Made by a program: the position numbers and the translations under genes. 64,000 bases of DNA from Camelus ferus. Its lineage: Eukaryota. How positions within the stretch are numbered: position 1 is the first letter of the stretch; every line of letters starts with the position of its first letter. Under the pieces are notes generated by a model that had not been told where the DNA came from, made no database searches, and saw only the letters and a program-made list of their open reading frames with translations. Below, one piece after another: positions 48,551-62,228 of this stretch. The stretch is taken from the NCBI RefSeq assembly GCF_009834535.1, contig NC_045698.1:3350001-3414000 (forward strand), in the 5' to 3' direction.

Positions 48551-50579
48551 GTAAATGACTGATGGAAAAGCAAGGGCAATGGTGGGCAGGGGCTCTGGAG
48601 AACAGGGGCTGGCCCTCAGCAGGGGCCTGAGATGCTTCTCCCAGTCCAGCGAGGGGGTCGTAGCAGGTGGTCAAAGCTATCTGCTGAATCGTTGAAAGAA
48701 TACATATCTGAACTTTGCTTCAGTGAGGAAACAAAATCTTATTTTTTAATAGTTCTGTGAACTTCAGCCCAATTTTCAGCTAAATTCCAGTTATAAAACT
48801 TGGTTTTGCTTTTCATTCCAAGGTACCTTGTAAAGAATTATGATAACTCACACAATGGTACCTATTTTAACAGAAACATCTAGCTAGTAACTATGCTAAT
48901 GGCCTTTCTCTGAATTGTTTACCATGACAATGAGGGATGGGAAGCTCGCTCCAGTGACCAAAGAGGGAGAGAGTTGGTGTCTGTGCTGAAAACCAGATGC
49001 TCATCACCTCAAATTACTTTTCAGAATAGGTGAGCTGTAAAAAGAAAGAAAAATGAGAAGCTAGAAATGAAGAAATCATAGCAACTGTATGCAGAAGCGA
49101 CTTTCAACTTGATTAGACAAGCTTACAATAAAAAGGAAACATTGCCTCACAGAATCAGGCAGCTCACAACCCCAAGATTTTACACGAGTAAGAAGGGCAC
49201 AGAGCGAACATGGTTTGGCTGAGATAATGAAGAATATTTCTATAAATGAACCTTAAATGTCAATGTCAGATCAGATCAGTGAGCCCTTCCCTAGAGCATC
49301 TGGGACCATGCCTCTTGGCCCAGAATGGGGGGCTCCTGGGCCCAGGTGCTCACCGAAGCGCCACTGCCCTCTTCTCACGGTTGGAGGGGCTGCCCCTGGA
49401 AAACAGAATTAGTGCAGCTAAAACCTACGCGTGTGTGAGGTTGGAGAGAAAGGGCTTACTTCTTATGGATAATAAATATATAATGGGATTGATTTTTCAA
49501 TAAAAATATGAAAATTTTCAATAAAAGTGTGAAAAAATATGAAAAAATGAGAAATTAATTCTCTCGCCTCACTTAAAACCTCTGGGAACTTGAAACGCTG
49601 TAAGGGGCTGATCTCTGAAATGTCTGCACAGGACTCTCACTCAGACCTCGGCTGGGCAGACACAGAAGCCTGGGAAATGGACGTCTAAGGGGTTATTATA
49701 GAATTCCACTCTGTGGATGGAAAATTGGATAATCCAAGGTTCTGAGCTTGAACTTCAAATACTCTTGAGAAAAGCGATCAGTCTATAAAAGATTGTAATT
49801 GTAAATTCCCATACTTCAGTGGAATTATGCCCACTGGGAAAGTTCAGTGAGGACCAAATTGTATCTTACAATGAACTCGAGTTACAAATGCATTCTAAAT
49901 TTGTCCGTCACCCAGGGATTCGTGTAATCCAAGACAGCGAAACAGCAGGATGCATTCTGCTTCTGAGACAACCACGGTCCTTCGCCCTGACTTGGGCCCC
50001 TGCCAAGCAGGGTTCCCGAAGCGGCACTTGTGCTAAAGGAAGTGGCTCTGAGTCCGTCAGCCCCGCTGGGTCTGCGTGGCTTCTATACAATCAGAGTGAC
50101 CACAACCTTATATCGCTCGCCCACAGACGTCTGCTAGGTAGAGATGTAACTATGACTGGCCATGTGTCAGTGTGTTCTGAAATTTTTACGGAAACATTTT
50201 AAATTGTACATAGTTCAAATAGTTGATGAAGATTCACTAGGAATTTGAAACATGGTTGGTATCTATTTTAGAGACTGCTAAAAATACATCTGTGTTCAGA
50301 TGACCACATTTCACTTCGCTATGTCAGCACGTCCTCTGTGGTTCATCTGTGCCTGGTGACTTGCCCGACGTGAAGTGTGAGCAGCTTGCGCCCTTCGTCA
50401 GGGGCGTTTTCAATGTCCTTCAACAACTTCCCTGTCCTTTCCTGAACGTAACCCATTTCCTGAACGTACTGTGTTCAGGCTTTCATCCTATCACTGGATT
50501 CAGAATCAGCGAAATAGGTGCGCTGTAATTATTACAGAGTTCTACGTCTCCAAGAGACTGTGAAAAGAGCAGAGTTCCC

Positions 50580-51440
50580 AAATCAAACCCACACTGAGGT
50601 ATCACCTCACACCAGTCAGAACAGCCATCATCAAAGTGTGCAAGTAATAAATGCTGGAGACGGTGTGGGGAAAAGGGAGCCCTCCTACACTGTTGGTGGG
50701 AATGTAGTCTGGTGTGGCCATTATGGAGAAGAGTATGGAAGTTCCTTAAAAAACTAAAAATAGCCTTACCGTATGATCCAGTAATCCCACTCCTGGGCAT
50801 ATATCTGTTGGAAACTCTAACTTTGGAAGATGAATGCACCCCAATGTTCATAGCAGCACTATTTACAACAGCCAAGACACAGAAGCAACCTGAATGTCCA
50901 TGGACAGATGACTGGATAAAGAAGAGGTAGGGTACATATATATATGTATATATGTATATACACACAGACACACACATATATATATATGCACACACAATGG
51001 AATATTAGTCATAAAAAAGAATGAAATAATGCCATCTGCAGCAACATGAATCGACCTAGAGATGATCATACTAAGCGTAAGTCAGGGAAAGACAAATATC
51101 ATATACTATCACCTATATGTGGAATCTTAATAAATGGCACAAGTGAGCTAATTTACAAAACAGAAATACACTCACAGACATAAAAAACATATTTATGGGT
51201 GGGAAGGGGTGGGGATAAATTGAGAGTTTGAGATTAACAGAATTAACAGATACAAACTAGTATACACAGAATAGATAAACAAGTCCCTATTGTTTAACAC
51301 AGGGAGCCATATCCAGTAGCTTGTAATAACTTATAATGAAAAAGAATATGAAAAAGCATATATACATAACTGAATCACTATGGTGCACACCAGAAACTAA
51401 CACAACATTGCAAATCAACTAGACTTCAATTTAATATAAA
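50580..51440 (+). mobile_element. Young L1 (ORF2 C-terminus plus 3' UTR)
   Basis: ORF 50712..50930 [13 protein letters not shown]...[15 protein letters not shown]; 3' UTR ends caacattgcaaatcaactagacttcaat. Confidence 0.95.
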
Positions 51441-51589
51441 CAGCAATGGTATTGCCAAAATGTAAATGAACTCTCAAACTGTCATGGTACAGTCATGGTT
51501 AGGAACAGATGATATAAAGACTCATCCATCAGTCAGTCCTTCATCCACCCACCTAAGGAGGCCAAGCCAAGGATCAAGGCTGAAGGATG

Positions 51590-51702
51590 AGTGTGTGTGT
51601 GCGCATATGTGTGTGTGTGTGTGGTGGGTGCACACACTTACATGCATGCATGTTTATGCGTGTACGCATATATCTCCACACACACATCCGTGTGCGCGTG
51701 TG
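51590..51702. repeat. Degenerate (TG)/(CA) microsatellite
   Basis: Directly visible. Confidence 0.85.
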
Positions 51703-54700
51703 TACCAGCGGATAGGCATTCTTCTTTTTCTCTCTCTCTTCCTATCGGCCCATTTCTTTTGCTTAAGAATCTTGTGATAAAAGTGCCAAAACTCGGCTCC
51801 AGTAGCTTGGGTCAGCACACAGCAAGCACAGTCCTTAAACCCCAGGACTCTGAGCCGGGGGCCAGGAGCCCCTCCGTGCGGAGGCCCTCGGGGCAGCCTT
51901 GCTGTGTCGCAAGAGCATGGCAGGGCCGTCACCCTCAGGTCTCCTTGTCCAATCCTCACAAAACCCGCATCCGGGAGCTCGGGTTTGTGGCCGAGCGCCA
52001 GGACCCTGACCTGGGCCTCCTCGTCCAGGAACCAGGAGTCGCGGTCGGCATCCCATCCAGACATGGGGGAGGACGCGGATGAGGCGGCGGGTGCAGGGGC
52101 TGTTCTCGGGACCATAAGGGCCTAGTGGCACCTGCGTGACGCAGCAGTGGCAGCTCTGCCCCGGCTGCAGCGGTGCTCACCCCTGGGCAGGAGCCGGGCA
52201 GGAACCCAGTCCCCCGGGGTTTGAACTGGGGCGAGCTGAGCACCACACATGGGCAAGGAGTGACAGCCATCGGGGGACAGAACCGAGTCTTGGGAGCTAG
52301 GCAGAGCATGTTTGGACCCAGCGGGCTTGGAAGCACACGGAGGGCCGAGTGGTCACCGAGGATGAGGCTGGTGCCCATCTTCCCCTTTGGGTGCATCAGA
52401 CCGACTCAGAGAAATCAAGTCAGCGCAGGTTTTCTCCCAACAATTAGTGACCTTGGTCCTCACGTTTGGGCTCGATTTTCCCTGCCGCCATCAGCTCTCA
52501 TGCAGCAGGACAGGGTAAGGATTCCAGTGGAGGGCACAGGAGTTCAGCTTCGAACTGACCTGAAGGTGACAGCTCTGCTTTTCGCCAGAGGACCCCCGTC
52601 CTGCCCTGCAGGTCGCATGCCCTGTCTGAAAAACTGGACTTCCCCTCGTTCTCCGCTCTTCCAGGGCGCCTAGAGCCATGCGACGTTGCCTCTCAGTCCG
52701 TCCTTTGCTGGCCTTCGCCTGTGTGTGGTGACAGAGGGCGTTTAAAACAGAACTTTTCTCAGAAGTGCCTGGCAACACGCTTACACAGGACTTTTCCCTT
52801 CACTTGGATTTACACCCAATGGCTTCTTGCCTTTTTTCGTGGTAAGAGCCGTGTCTCTGAGCGAGTCACTGTTACCGACGTTACCGTCCTCATTTCCTGC
52901 TCCCCTCTCCACACCTGCGTTCACACTCAGAAATATTTCAAATCTTTGAAATTGGGCCTCAGAAGGCTTCAATGCGAGAGACGACAGATGTGATGTCTGA
53001 GGGGCGACCTGTCACACGGCTGGGGTGCCACCGGCCCTGGACCCGGCACCAGCTGTGCTTCTCAACTCTCTCCTTGTCGCTGACACGAAGAGATGGGCTT
53101 CTTGAAGCTGGAGGCCACCTGTTGACAGGCACAGGGGGTTTGGTCCAATTCTGCAGAATATTCAGTTTATTCAACAACCAGATCTTGCCCAGGGTTTGAC
53201 TCTTGGGCGGCTGCGAGCCTCAGTTAGAACCACTCGCTCTCGGCTTTATCTTGTCTGTCTACCGGCAGCTGCGTGTCTCAGTCAGGAACGTCCTGGGGAG
53301 GACCAGCTCCCACAGGTGCTTCTCCGTCAAATGTGTGGCTGTGGATGATGAATCAGGACAGGTGGGACCTTGACCCCTCTGACAGTCTCTTCAAGGGCTT
53401 TGGCCAAAATTAAGTCTCAGTGGGACGCCCTCCTCTCGTGCTGCCGGCAGCAACAGCACCCTCAGAAGAAGCCCTCAGGTGAGCTCTGGAGGGCGTGCTG
53501 CAGACTGCGGCACACCGGCTGCTTCTGCTTCTTAGGACAAGAATTCAACTTCCCGGGACAATTGAGTTTGGGCCATGAGCTCAGAATCCCCACACACTCA
53601 GTTAACTGCAATCACTGTCAGCTCCTAAGCCCCCTTGTAGTTAAAAAAAAAAAAAAAAAAAAAGAATTTAAAAAAAAAAAAACTAGCCCAAATTTAATAA
53701 GTTTTTCTCAGTCCCGACTAAGTCATAAGTAGGTAATTTTTCTGGGTTTTTTTTTTTTTTTTTGCGTGAGAACTCTAGCAATGGGAGGCACCTTGTTTGA
53801 GCTTCAGACATGGAGAAAAGCCAAGAGGACCACTAACCTGGGTTATATTCTTGGTATAATTGTGTTTTGCTCAATTTCTTTGAAATTCACTCTTTTTTCT
53901 TTCTTCCTGAAAAGCTACCTTTCAATCCCTTTTTGTTTGTGTCTGCAAATCTCAATGACCTGAGCACATAAAGGGGGCCGATTCAAAGGTTTCGGAGAAC
54001 TTTGCAAAGAGGCTGTCGGCCGGCTGGTTCCTTTGTCGGGCGCCTGAATCTGATCGCGCCCCCTGAAAGGCGTGTGAAGGAGACTCTGACCTAGGGCTTT
54101 CCAGCTCCCCAGGGGTGCTTATTGAAAGAACCATCCCTGCCACGCTCAAATCCCCAATTGTTTTGCAGAGTATTTTTTCCTGAAGTTTCTCATATGTTCT
54201 TTGCAGGTCAAGTTCCCTTGCTAGCCAAGGAACTGTCCAACTTCCACGAGGTTAAATGATTTCCCCGAAGACCATTAGATCTTCATCCAATTTCAGCAGA
54301 ACAATCTCGTTCTATTGAATTCATTACAGGAATGTTTTCTAGCTTTACTGGTGTGGATCTAGAATCTAGGATAGTTTTATGTTCATCAAGTTGAAAGGAA
54401 ACTCTTTCAATTTCAAAATGTTGGGAAACATTCATACTCCTCCTTCTAACCCTAAACATGCAATCTGTACGTGCCTGGTCGCCGACGATATTATTAAATC
54501 AGGTTAATACGTTCCAGTACTTAAACGTACTTTAAATGTAAAAAGTATGCAAAAGCTGTATTGTAGGTTTAGGAAATAGTGTTGGTAACATATAACCCTT
54601 AACAGGGGGTCATAAGATTCCCTCTTTATTAGTGCTGGTAGGAAAAGTCAGGCTATGGGAGCCGCTTGGCCGTATACGTGTCCAAAATAAGAGATTTGTT

Positions 54701-55117
54701 CATATAGGAGCTGGAAGGATAGTGAAGGTTTCGGGAAGAGCAGAGCCGAGCGCGCCACACCTCCGGGGATGCACGCCCTCCGGTACCCGCGGGGGCAGCA
54801 GCCCACGTGTCTGTTTCCCACCCAAGAGACGGGTCAGCCGAGTACCTATGGCGCTCTTTTGGATGCCAGTGCCTATCCGAGTGGAACGCAGTCACTTAAA
54901 GGAAATCACAGATGCCTGCAGGGCATGACAGGTATTCAAAGGTGGCTTTGAGGAGGACGTGGTCAGAGAGTGGGAAGAAATAGATTCTATGCTGTATGAT
55001 GTAGGTGAGGGTTTACTTTGTACTCAGCCGAGTTGCCCCAGACAGAGGCTATCTTTGCTTTACACAAGCATCCTCGAGAAGCCTGACCATACAAACATAG
55101 CATGCCCTACACAGTCC

Positions 55118-55735
55118 TGTTGCTAAACCAAACTCGGGTCCGCGCACCCACACGCAGTAAAGCCAGCCTACTGACACGGCGTTCTGGTGAAGGAAAGTGC
55201 GGTGTTTACTGCAGGGCCAGACGAGGAGCTTGTGCTTAAAATACTCGAAACCCTAAAGGCTTTCAGGGAAAGATTTTTAAAGACAGGGTGAGGGAGGGGG
55301 TTGTGGATGTGTGATCAGCTCGTGGACATCCTTCTGTCTGGTCGGTGGTGAGGTCATCGGAAGTCAACATCATCAACCTTCTGGATCCAACCATCTGGGG
55401 TCTCTGTGCTGGGGGCAGCACACAGTTAAATTCGTCCACCTGATGGGGATTTCAGTGTCTGCAGAACAGCTCAAAGACATGGCTCAGAATATTATCCACA
55501 GCCCCTGAGAAGGAACTAAAGCTCCTTGACTTTGTTTAATGGCTAAACTGTTATTATTTTGTCTTGCTTGACTGTTTTTGTTCTGCATTTTCTCACTCCT
55601 CTGATTGAACTTATTCTTTGGAACCTGGGGAAGGTCTAGGAAGCTAAAGTTTTTCTACAGACAAGAGGCAGACAGAGGAAATGGAAGTGGGGGGTTTCTG
55701 CCCTGGGGAGACCCCACAGGGTCCTGTCAGTTACA
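55118..55735 (-). mobile_element. ERV1-class solo LTR, full length
   Basis: TG...CA termini (tgttgct...gttaca); 4-bp TSD gtcc (55114-55117) / atcc (55736-55739); resembles laurasiatherian MER4/MER41-group LTRs. Confidence 0.88.
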
Positions 55736-56459
55736 ATCCCACAAAGCATTGTCCCACCAAAAATGTCAAGTTTGGCCCTGCTGAAAAACACAGAAGCCAT
55801 TCTATTAGCTGCCTTTTCCAACTTCCTTGTATGTCACAATCATCACCATTGTCCTCAAATCGCTCCAAGTGCTAAGCCATATTGTGATCATTTCCGCCAT
55901 TGATCAGCTAATTGGTTCCCAAGCACAGTCATTCGTCTCTAAAGGTCCTTCTATCAGCTCTCCTAAGCCCATCAGCCCCCCTCAGCCCATTAGCTCAAAT
56001 GTGGGTAACACTCATAGTCAGCGCTGCTCATTCTGAACTTACGTACTTAGTGTTATAGCCAACATTCACATCGTTACGGTGTAAATTATTCCGAGTCTGT
56101 CCATCTTATTCCTCTTGTCTTCCCAAATAGAGCAAACTTCATGCCCCCAATCCTTGCTAGATGAGTGTCCCCTGGGGAATGATCATTATCAGAGCTGATC
56201 TGTAGGTCACACCACTGTACCACATCAGTACTTAAACTGTTCAGTACATTCAAAACAACCTGTGTGGCACACGTCAGTCATCCTTACCAGCCTGAAAAGG
56301 ATGTCCCTCCAACACCACAGCTCCCGTTCCAGGTAGGTGTCCAGCCACCTCACCTGGGAGCTCCATCCAGGCAAGTGGTCACCCTCTCCGACTGCACATC
56401 TTGTGCCCACCACCCACGTTCTCCAGGATCTCCTGTTGCCTAGAACAACACTGTTTAGC

Positions 56460-56622
56460 ATCAAGTTAAGTGAGATATTTTGTGTCCTCTATTTGAACCA
56501 CACCTCTGAAATCCACTGTGTATTTTTCACTGACAGCATATCTCAATTCAGACCAGCCCAAGTTCAGGTGCTCAGTAGGTCCACACAGCCAGTGTTGGGC
56601 ATGTTGGAACGCACAGGCCTAG
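56460..56622. mobile_element. MER33/MER3-like hAT relic
   Basis: tgagatatttt...tgaaatccactgtgtatttt.cactgacagcatatctcaattcagacc. Confidence 0.8.
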
Positions 56623-56773
56623 AGAATCACAACGGTGCCTGTCTCTGCCTGTGGGCACCTCCACTCCACTGTCCTATCCACGTTGTGTTCAGATCCTAGG
56701 GCTCCACAGTGACATTTAATGTCTTCCAGTTCCCTCCACCCACCGCCAATCTAATAAAACAAATGTCCCCTAG

Positions 56774-57161
56774 ACGCATCAGTCTGCTAGAGCTGCCGTG
56801 AAGAGCTACCGCAGGCCGGGCGTTTTAGACAATGGAAGTTGACTTGCTCGCGGTTTGGGGGCTGAAAGCAAGATCCAGGGGTCGGCAGGGCTGGCTTCTT
56901 CTGAGGCCTCTCTCCTTGGCTTGCAGATGGCCGCCTTCTGTGTCTTCACACGGTGGCCCCCCTCCCATCTGTGTGTGTCTGTGTCCTAATCTCCTCTTCT
57001 TATAAGGACACCAGTCATACTGGTGAGAGCCCACCCCTATGGCTTCATTTTTCACTTTAATCATTTCTTTGAAGATCCTGTCTTCAGAGAGAGTCACATT
57101 CTGACGTATGTGGGGTTAGGAATTCAGCATGAATTTTAGGGGGACCAATTCAGCTCATAAC
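56774..57161 (-). mobile_element. MaLR solo LTR (MLT1B-like)
   Basis: ttctgaggcctctctccttggcttgcagatggcc...tcctaatctcctcttcttataaggacaccagtcata...gtcacattctga. Confidence 0.92.
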
Positions 57162-59302
57162 TCTAGACTGTGGTGGAGGGCCCTCAATTGTATCAGCAGA
57201 CATATCTCTCATTTCCTCCTCTTTTGTTTCCTAACATGTAGCCAATGTTACCCCTGACTCTCCTTAGATCAACCCACTGTCTGTCCACCTCCACTCCTTC
57301 TGTTAGTTCCCCAGGAAGCTGTGTGCAGTGACCCCCTGCCTGCCAGGACACTTCAGATTCTCTTCCAAGATCCCTCCCAGATTGGGCCACTCCTCACCAT
57401 TCATTAAAAGTCATGCACTCTTCAACCAAACCATAAAGCTGGCATAGGCTGAGCATTGTCTTGAGTTAGTTATGTACCTGGAACAGAACAGCATCATTAC
57501 AGGGTGTGCTGTGTGAGCCTGGGATAGGACGCCTCACCCAGAAATTGAGCCAAAGTGGACAGAAAATTAAAACGTCTCCCCTCTTCTCTTTGTGTGCCAT
57601 ACCAGATGCCTCCTCGTCCCTTGGCTTGTGTCAGACAACCACCTAATGAGAACTCGGCGAACTGGACCAGGGCAGACAGGAAGACCACGGAACACGCAGA
57701 GTTCTAGTGTTTGAGCCTGCCGAGGTTGCCACAGAGCCCGCATGCAACCCGAACCCTCACAGTGGACACATATGAGACCCTGGTCTACACAATGCCCACA
57801 GCTGTGCCGGCCCAGCGCCCGGACACAGGGGCTGTCTCAGCAGAGACCTCGGGCTTCTCCAGCTGCAGCCAGGGGACCACAGCTTCACGGCGTCTCCTCA
57901 GTGCCTCTGGTTGCCCAGGCAACGAAACTGCCTCCCAGCGAATCACTGCCACGCTTCAATCTTTGTTCTGAAGTCACCTGACAGTTTTAGTGACGCGAAC
58001 GATTTTTGTTTGTGGGGCAGAATAAACGTGTAACCTCTTCTTTACCGATAAAGCCCAGATGAGAAGGGGCTGAGCAAGCAGGCGGCCCAGACGCAGCCGA
58101 TGGGCAAGACACACCTGAAAGCGCCCGGCACCTCCTTCGCGTCGACCTGTTGAATGTCTCACTTCCAGGGCCCCTGGGGAGGTGAAGCGTTTGCGGTCCA
58201 TTGCCTGCCTTTGGCCACCTGCAGCCTTCCGTCCTCCCCAGCGGCCCTGTCCTGTGTTTGGATGCTTAAGCAGAAATTTGCACGGTAGCTCCGGCCAGAC
58301 TACAAGGTGGCCCTGACCGGGTAACTCAGCGTGAACGTGCACCTTTCCTCTCCCGTATGACACAGTCACGGGCGGTCACCGAGAGATGGCTCTTTTCTTC
58401 CCCTTGCCAATCCTTTGTTAACTTCACTGTAAACAGATAAAGGGCTTTACTCTGTGCAGATGACTGGGTTTTTTTTGTTTTGTTTTGTTTTGTTTTTTGC
58501 TTTTTAACCATGAAAGATGTTTCTACCATATGTGAATCTTTAACCTCATACAGCGTAGGGAGAAAAAGGAATTCTGAGCTAGAAATTTATTTTTATTATT
58601 AAATTTTGTTTCTTTCTCACCCCAAAATTAATGACCAGCCCCTTTTCAAGTCCACGCATTCACAATCGTCCTTTGAAACAAAACCTGCAGACTGGAGGGT
58701 GGGCTCTGGTCCCACCATCCCTCGGCTCAAAGGTGGCCCAACAGGCGAGTACTCAGTACTTACTAGCAGTTACTAAGCAGAAGGTGGAGTGAGTATCTGC
58801 CTTCTAAGAAATACATACCCCAGCCCCCAGACTGATACTTCCTAGAGGAAAGGGAATGCCCAGCAGAGCCACCCTGAAACTCCACTTTCCACCTGGGGCC
58901 AATGGCGTGGGGCGTGGTTGGGGCTTCGGGGAAGGAGAATCCCGAAGGTAGCATCTGCCCCAAAAGGTACAGTTTCTACAGGATTTAATGTAATTTATGT
59001 CACCCTCTCTCACTCCAAGGAATTTTCTATCTGGATCAAACTTCTCCTGAATCCTGATCTACCCTCGGAATGAGGAGTCAAGGAATCCCATACGGGGACT
59101 GCCACCTGGGACGGCACACTACATCAGAAGCCCGATAAAGTGTCAGCTTTCTCCAGGCTCATGGGGGGACTGTAATAAAGTGGGTTCAGATTGTATCAAA
59201 GCACTTGTGTCATGTTTGTTCTAAGTCATTCCACAAAATCCCCCCCTTTTTTCCTTTGGAATGCAGTGCCAAAGCCAAGTTCTCTTTCATTGATTGATGA
59301 CT

Positions 59303-59612
59303 TTCGTTTTCATTGAAGGATGGTTGATTTACAGTGCTTTGTAGTTTCCGGTGTGCAGCATAGGGATTCAGTTATACACACACATTTTCTTTTTCATAAT
59401 CTTTTCCATTATTGGTTGTTACAAGATATTGAATGTAGTTCCCTGGGCTATACAGTAGATTCATGTTGTTTATCTGTTTCATATATAGTGATGTGTATCT
59501 GATAATCCCAAACTCCTAATTTATCCTTCCCCACCTTTGCCCTTCTGGTAACCCACAAGCTTGTTTTCTGCGTCTGTGAGTCAGTTTCAGTTTTGGAAAT
59601 AAGTTCATTTGT
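59303..59612 (-). mobile_element. L1 3' UTR fragment with TSD
   Basis: Matches the other 3' UTR copies; ttgattgat at 59290-59298 and 59613-59621. Confidence 0.9.
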
Positions 59613-60274
59613 TTGATTGATCATTGACCATAGTGATGTGAAAGTCATTTCCTGCCATCAGGTGACCTGTGGCAGGCGGGGGAGTCATCGGGACGTCTCA
59701 AAGCTCCCGTAAGCCCCTGGCACCGGATCAGCCTCAGCAGGTTTGCTCTGACCGGGTCTGTTCAGTATCCTTGACGAGGCGGAGCTGCGCTGCCCCGAGG
59801 ATGCTGGGCTCAGGCTCTCTGCCCTCCCTCCCCACAAGGACACCTCGTGGCCAGGCCCCCAGGGTGTGCATTCCTCCCCCGGCCCCGGGCGGTGGCATCT
59901 GACTCATGATGCCTGCACCCTCGGTCCAATGCTTCATTGGTCCCTGTGGGGAGCTGAGCAGAAGCACCTGGTTTCCAGAAGCTGACGATGGCTGCTGGCA
60001 GGCACGTCTACAGCTTCTCAGAGAAGGCACTTAATGCTTGGCAGTGGGGGCTGGCCGTTATTCCAGTGAACTCCACGACCTCAGCGAGGCTGACACAGCC
60101 AGTCGTGTGTTAGTGGTTTGATGGTGAAAGAAAAGTGCACAGGCGCCCTGCCATCCCCCAAGGACACCCAGCGGTCCCAGCCGCCCAGCCCGCAGAGGGC
60201 TCCCCCGGCCGGCGCTGTGCCAGGGCCTCTGGGTGCATCAGCTGGTTTACGCCACACAGAAGCTGCTGGGGCAG

Positions 60275-60385
60275 CTGTCATCCACCCACATTACAAGTAA
60301 GGAAACTGAAGCTTCCAATGAGTAAGTGACACAAACGTCTGCCAGTCAACAGAACAGGGTTTGAACCCAAGTTTCTCCTTCTCTC
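60275..60385 (-). mobile_element. MIR SINE relic
   Basis: ttacaagtaaggaaactgaagc...aagtgac...gggtttgaacccaag. Confidence 0.8.
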
Positions 60386-61299
60386 TGTCAGCTGCTAATG
60401 CTAGGAGCCAGCCCTGCACTTTCCATTCTGTGCCTGCGCTGGCCTGTCCTACAGCTTCAGGTCAAACTTCAGCTCCTCTGCAGAGTCTATTTGATTGACC
60501 AAGAGGTCGTATAGCTTATCTCCTCCGGGATCACACCTGCCCGGATGGAACTCTGCTGTGGGTAGAACCTGTCTGTAAATCTACTCCAGAGAATCTGAAG
60601 ATGTGGAAGACAGAGACTAGGTACTTTGCTGTGGGGATTGCCTGCATCCAGCCCAGGACAGACAGCATCCATTTGTCAAAAGAAGGAAAAAAAAAGAGAA
60701 AAGGGAAGAACAAAGAATGGAAGAAAGAAGGAAGGAAGGGTGAGGGGAAAGAGAAAAGTAGACCTTTTGTATGACTTAAACACAGCCGTCTATCAAAAAT
60801 ATATATTTATCATTCCTAGCATACGAATTGAAAACTAGAAGAACCTTTAAATGTGGCCTGAATTTTTCCATTGTGGGATAATGAGTGGGACAGTTTTGAC
60901 CACGTGACACACAGGAGGAAAGCATTCTGTGCCCACAAACAGAGTAAGAATCAGAGAGAAAGATTCTGTTTCCTATTAGGAGCCAATTTCTGAAATTTTA
61001 ATTCAACATTTTTTGACAGTGATAGCCTGAGACTCACATTATTAACTGACCATGTATTTCTTACCTTGAACTAAGATAATAAAAATATTTAAGTAAAGAA
61101 AAATTGATCCATTTTCTGACCTAATAAAAACAGGAATAATCTCCCCAATACAGAGCAGAATGCCAGCAGATACTCATTGAGCTCACGCTGGAAGCACGCA
61201 TAAACACACGAATGTCCGAATCAGTGAGTAAACAGAGCTTTCTCAGCCATCAGCACCGATAAAACAACAAAAGTGAAGACAGTAAAACTGAAAATAGGA

Positions 61300-61745
61300 G
61301 TGAGAAACAAGACAAAGCTGAGCTCCCCAGACGACCGTTGAATAGTAAGACAGCACAGAGGAATTCATTAAGAGGGGATTGATAGAAAAGTCAAGGAAAA
61401 CTAAGAGACACTTGAGAAGACACATTGCGAGACTCCATAAACGCTCAATAGCAACAATAGTCTAAAAGTTGATGACTGAAACATTTTCCAATTTAATAAA
61501 AGCCCTGCATCTTCTATAAGAAACTCGATCTGATTTAAAAAAAAAAATCCACATAGGATCATAAGGAAGGGAAATTTAGAACAGCAAAGCAAAGGGGAAA
61601 AAAAGTAAGTTTTCAGAAAATGTTTTAATAAAAATAAATATTTGTGAGAGTAACCTCAGACTTCTCATTGGTGAAACCGATGAGGAAAGCACTGGAACAG
61701 CCGTTTCAAAGTGCCAAGAGGGAAAAGATCGACCCTGAATCAACA
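61300..61745 (+). mobile_element. Ancient L1/HAL1 ORF1-like relic
   Basis: A-rich; aacattttccaattta, cagacttctca, ctggaacagccgtttcaaagtgc resemble ORF1 ENFP / DFS / W..IFKVL segments. Confidence 0.55.
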
Positions 61746-62168
61746 CTGAGGCAGAAGTGACTCTGTCTGCTCCGCACCCTCCGTGGTTTTGCTCAGAGTC
61801 ACTTGTCCCCTCCTGTGCTCCTGTGAGCGCACAGTGTGACTCCTACTGCAGCCAGTGCTCAGCAGGGCCCCCACCTCCGCCTGGACAGCCAGTAAGTGAC
61901 GGTGCAGAGAAGAAACTGATGGAACAGAGTGAGGGGAAGGGAGGGAAAGGACCAAAAAGGGACTTTGGAATCCCACAAGGGCTCAGGGTCAAAAAACATC
62001 AATCAATTTTCACTGCAGAATGAAGGAGCTGTTGCAGTGGAGGATTGCTGGACTGAAGGTCAGTCAGTTTTATGAGAATAGTGCGCGTGTGCTCCGTTTT
62101 TGGTAACCGTAGTCACTGTTGCTTTTGTCATGATCACCCGTTTACAGTGCTTGTTGTCAGCTTATCTC

Positions 62169-62172
<4 letters not shown>

Positions 62173-62228
<56 letters not shown>
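62173..62228. repeat. Poly(A) run followed by (TG)n
   Basis: Directly visible. Confidence 0.95.

Noticed and set aside
50439..50469. 13-bp direct repeat tttcctgaacgta
   Set aside because: Simple local duplication with two copies only; not an array.
51654..52673. Multiple 150-170 aa ORFs
   Set aside because: Built from microsatellite and GC-rich, partly MIR-like sequence; no domain.
55790..56040. Possible ERVL gag remnant on the minus strand
   Set aside because: Resemblance too weak to support without a profile search.
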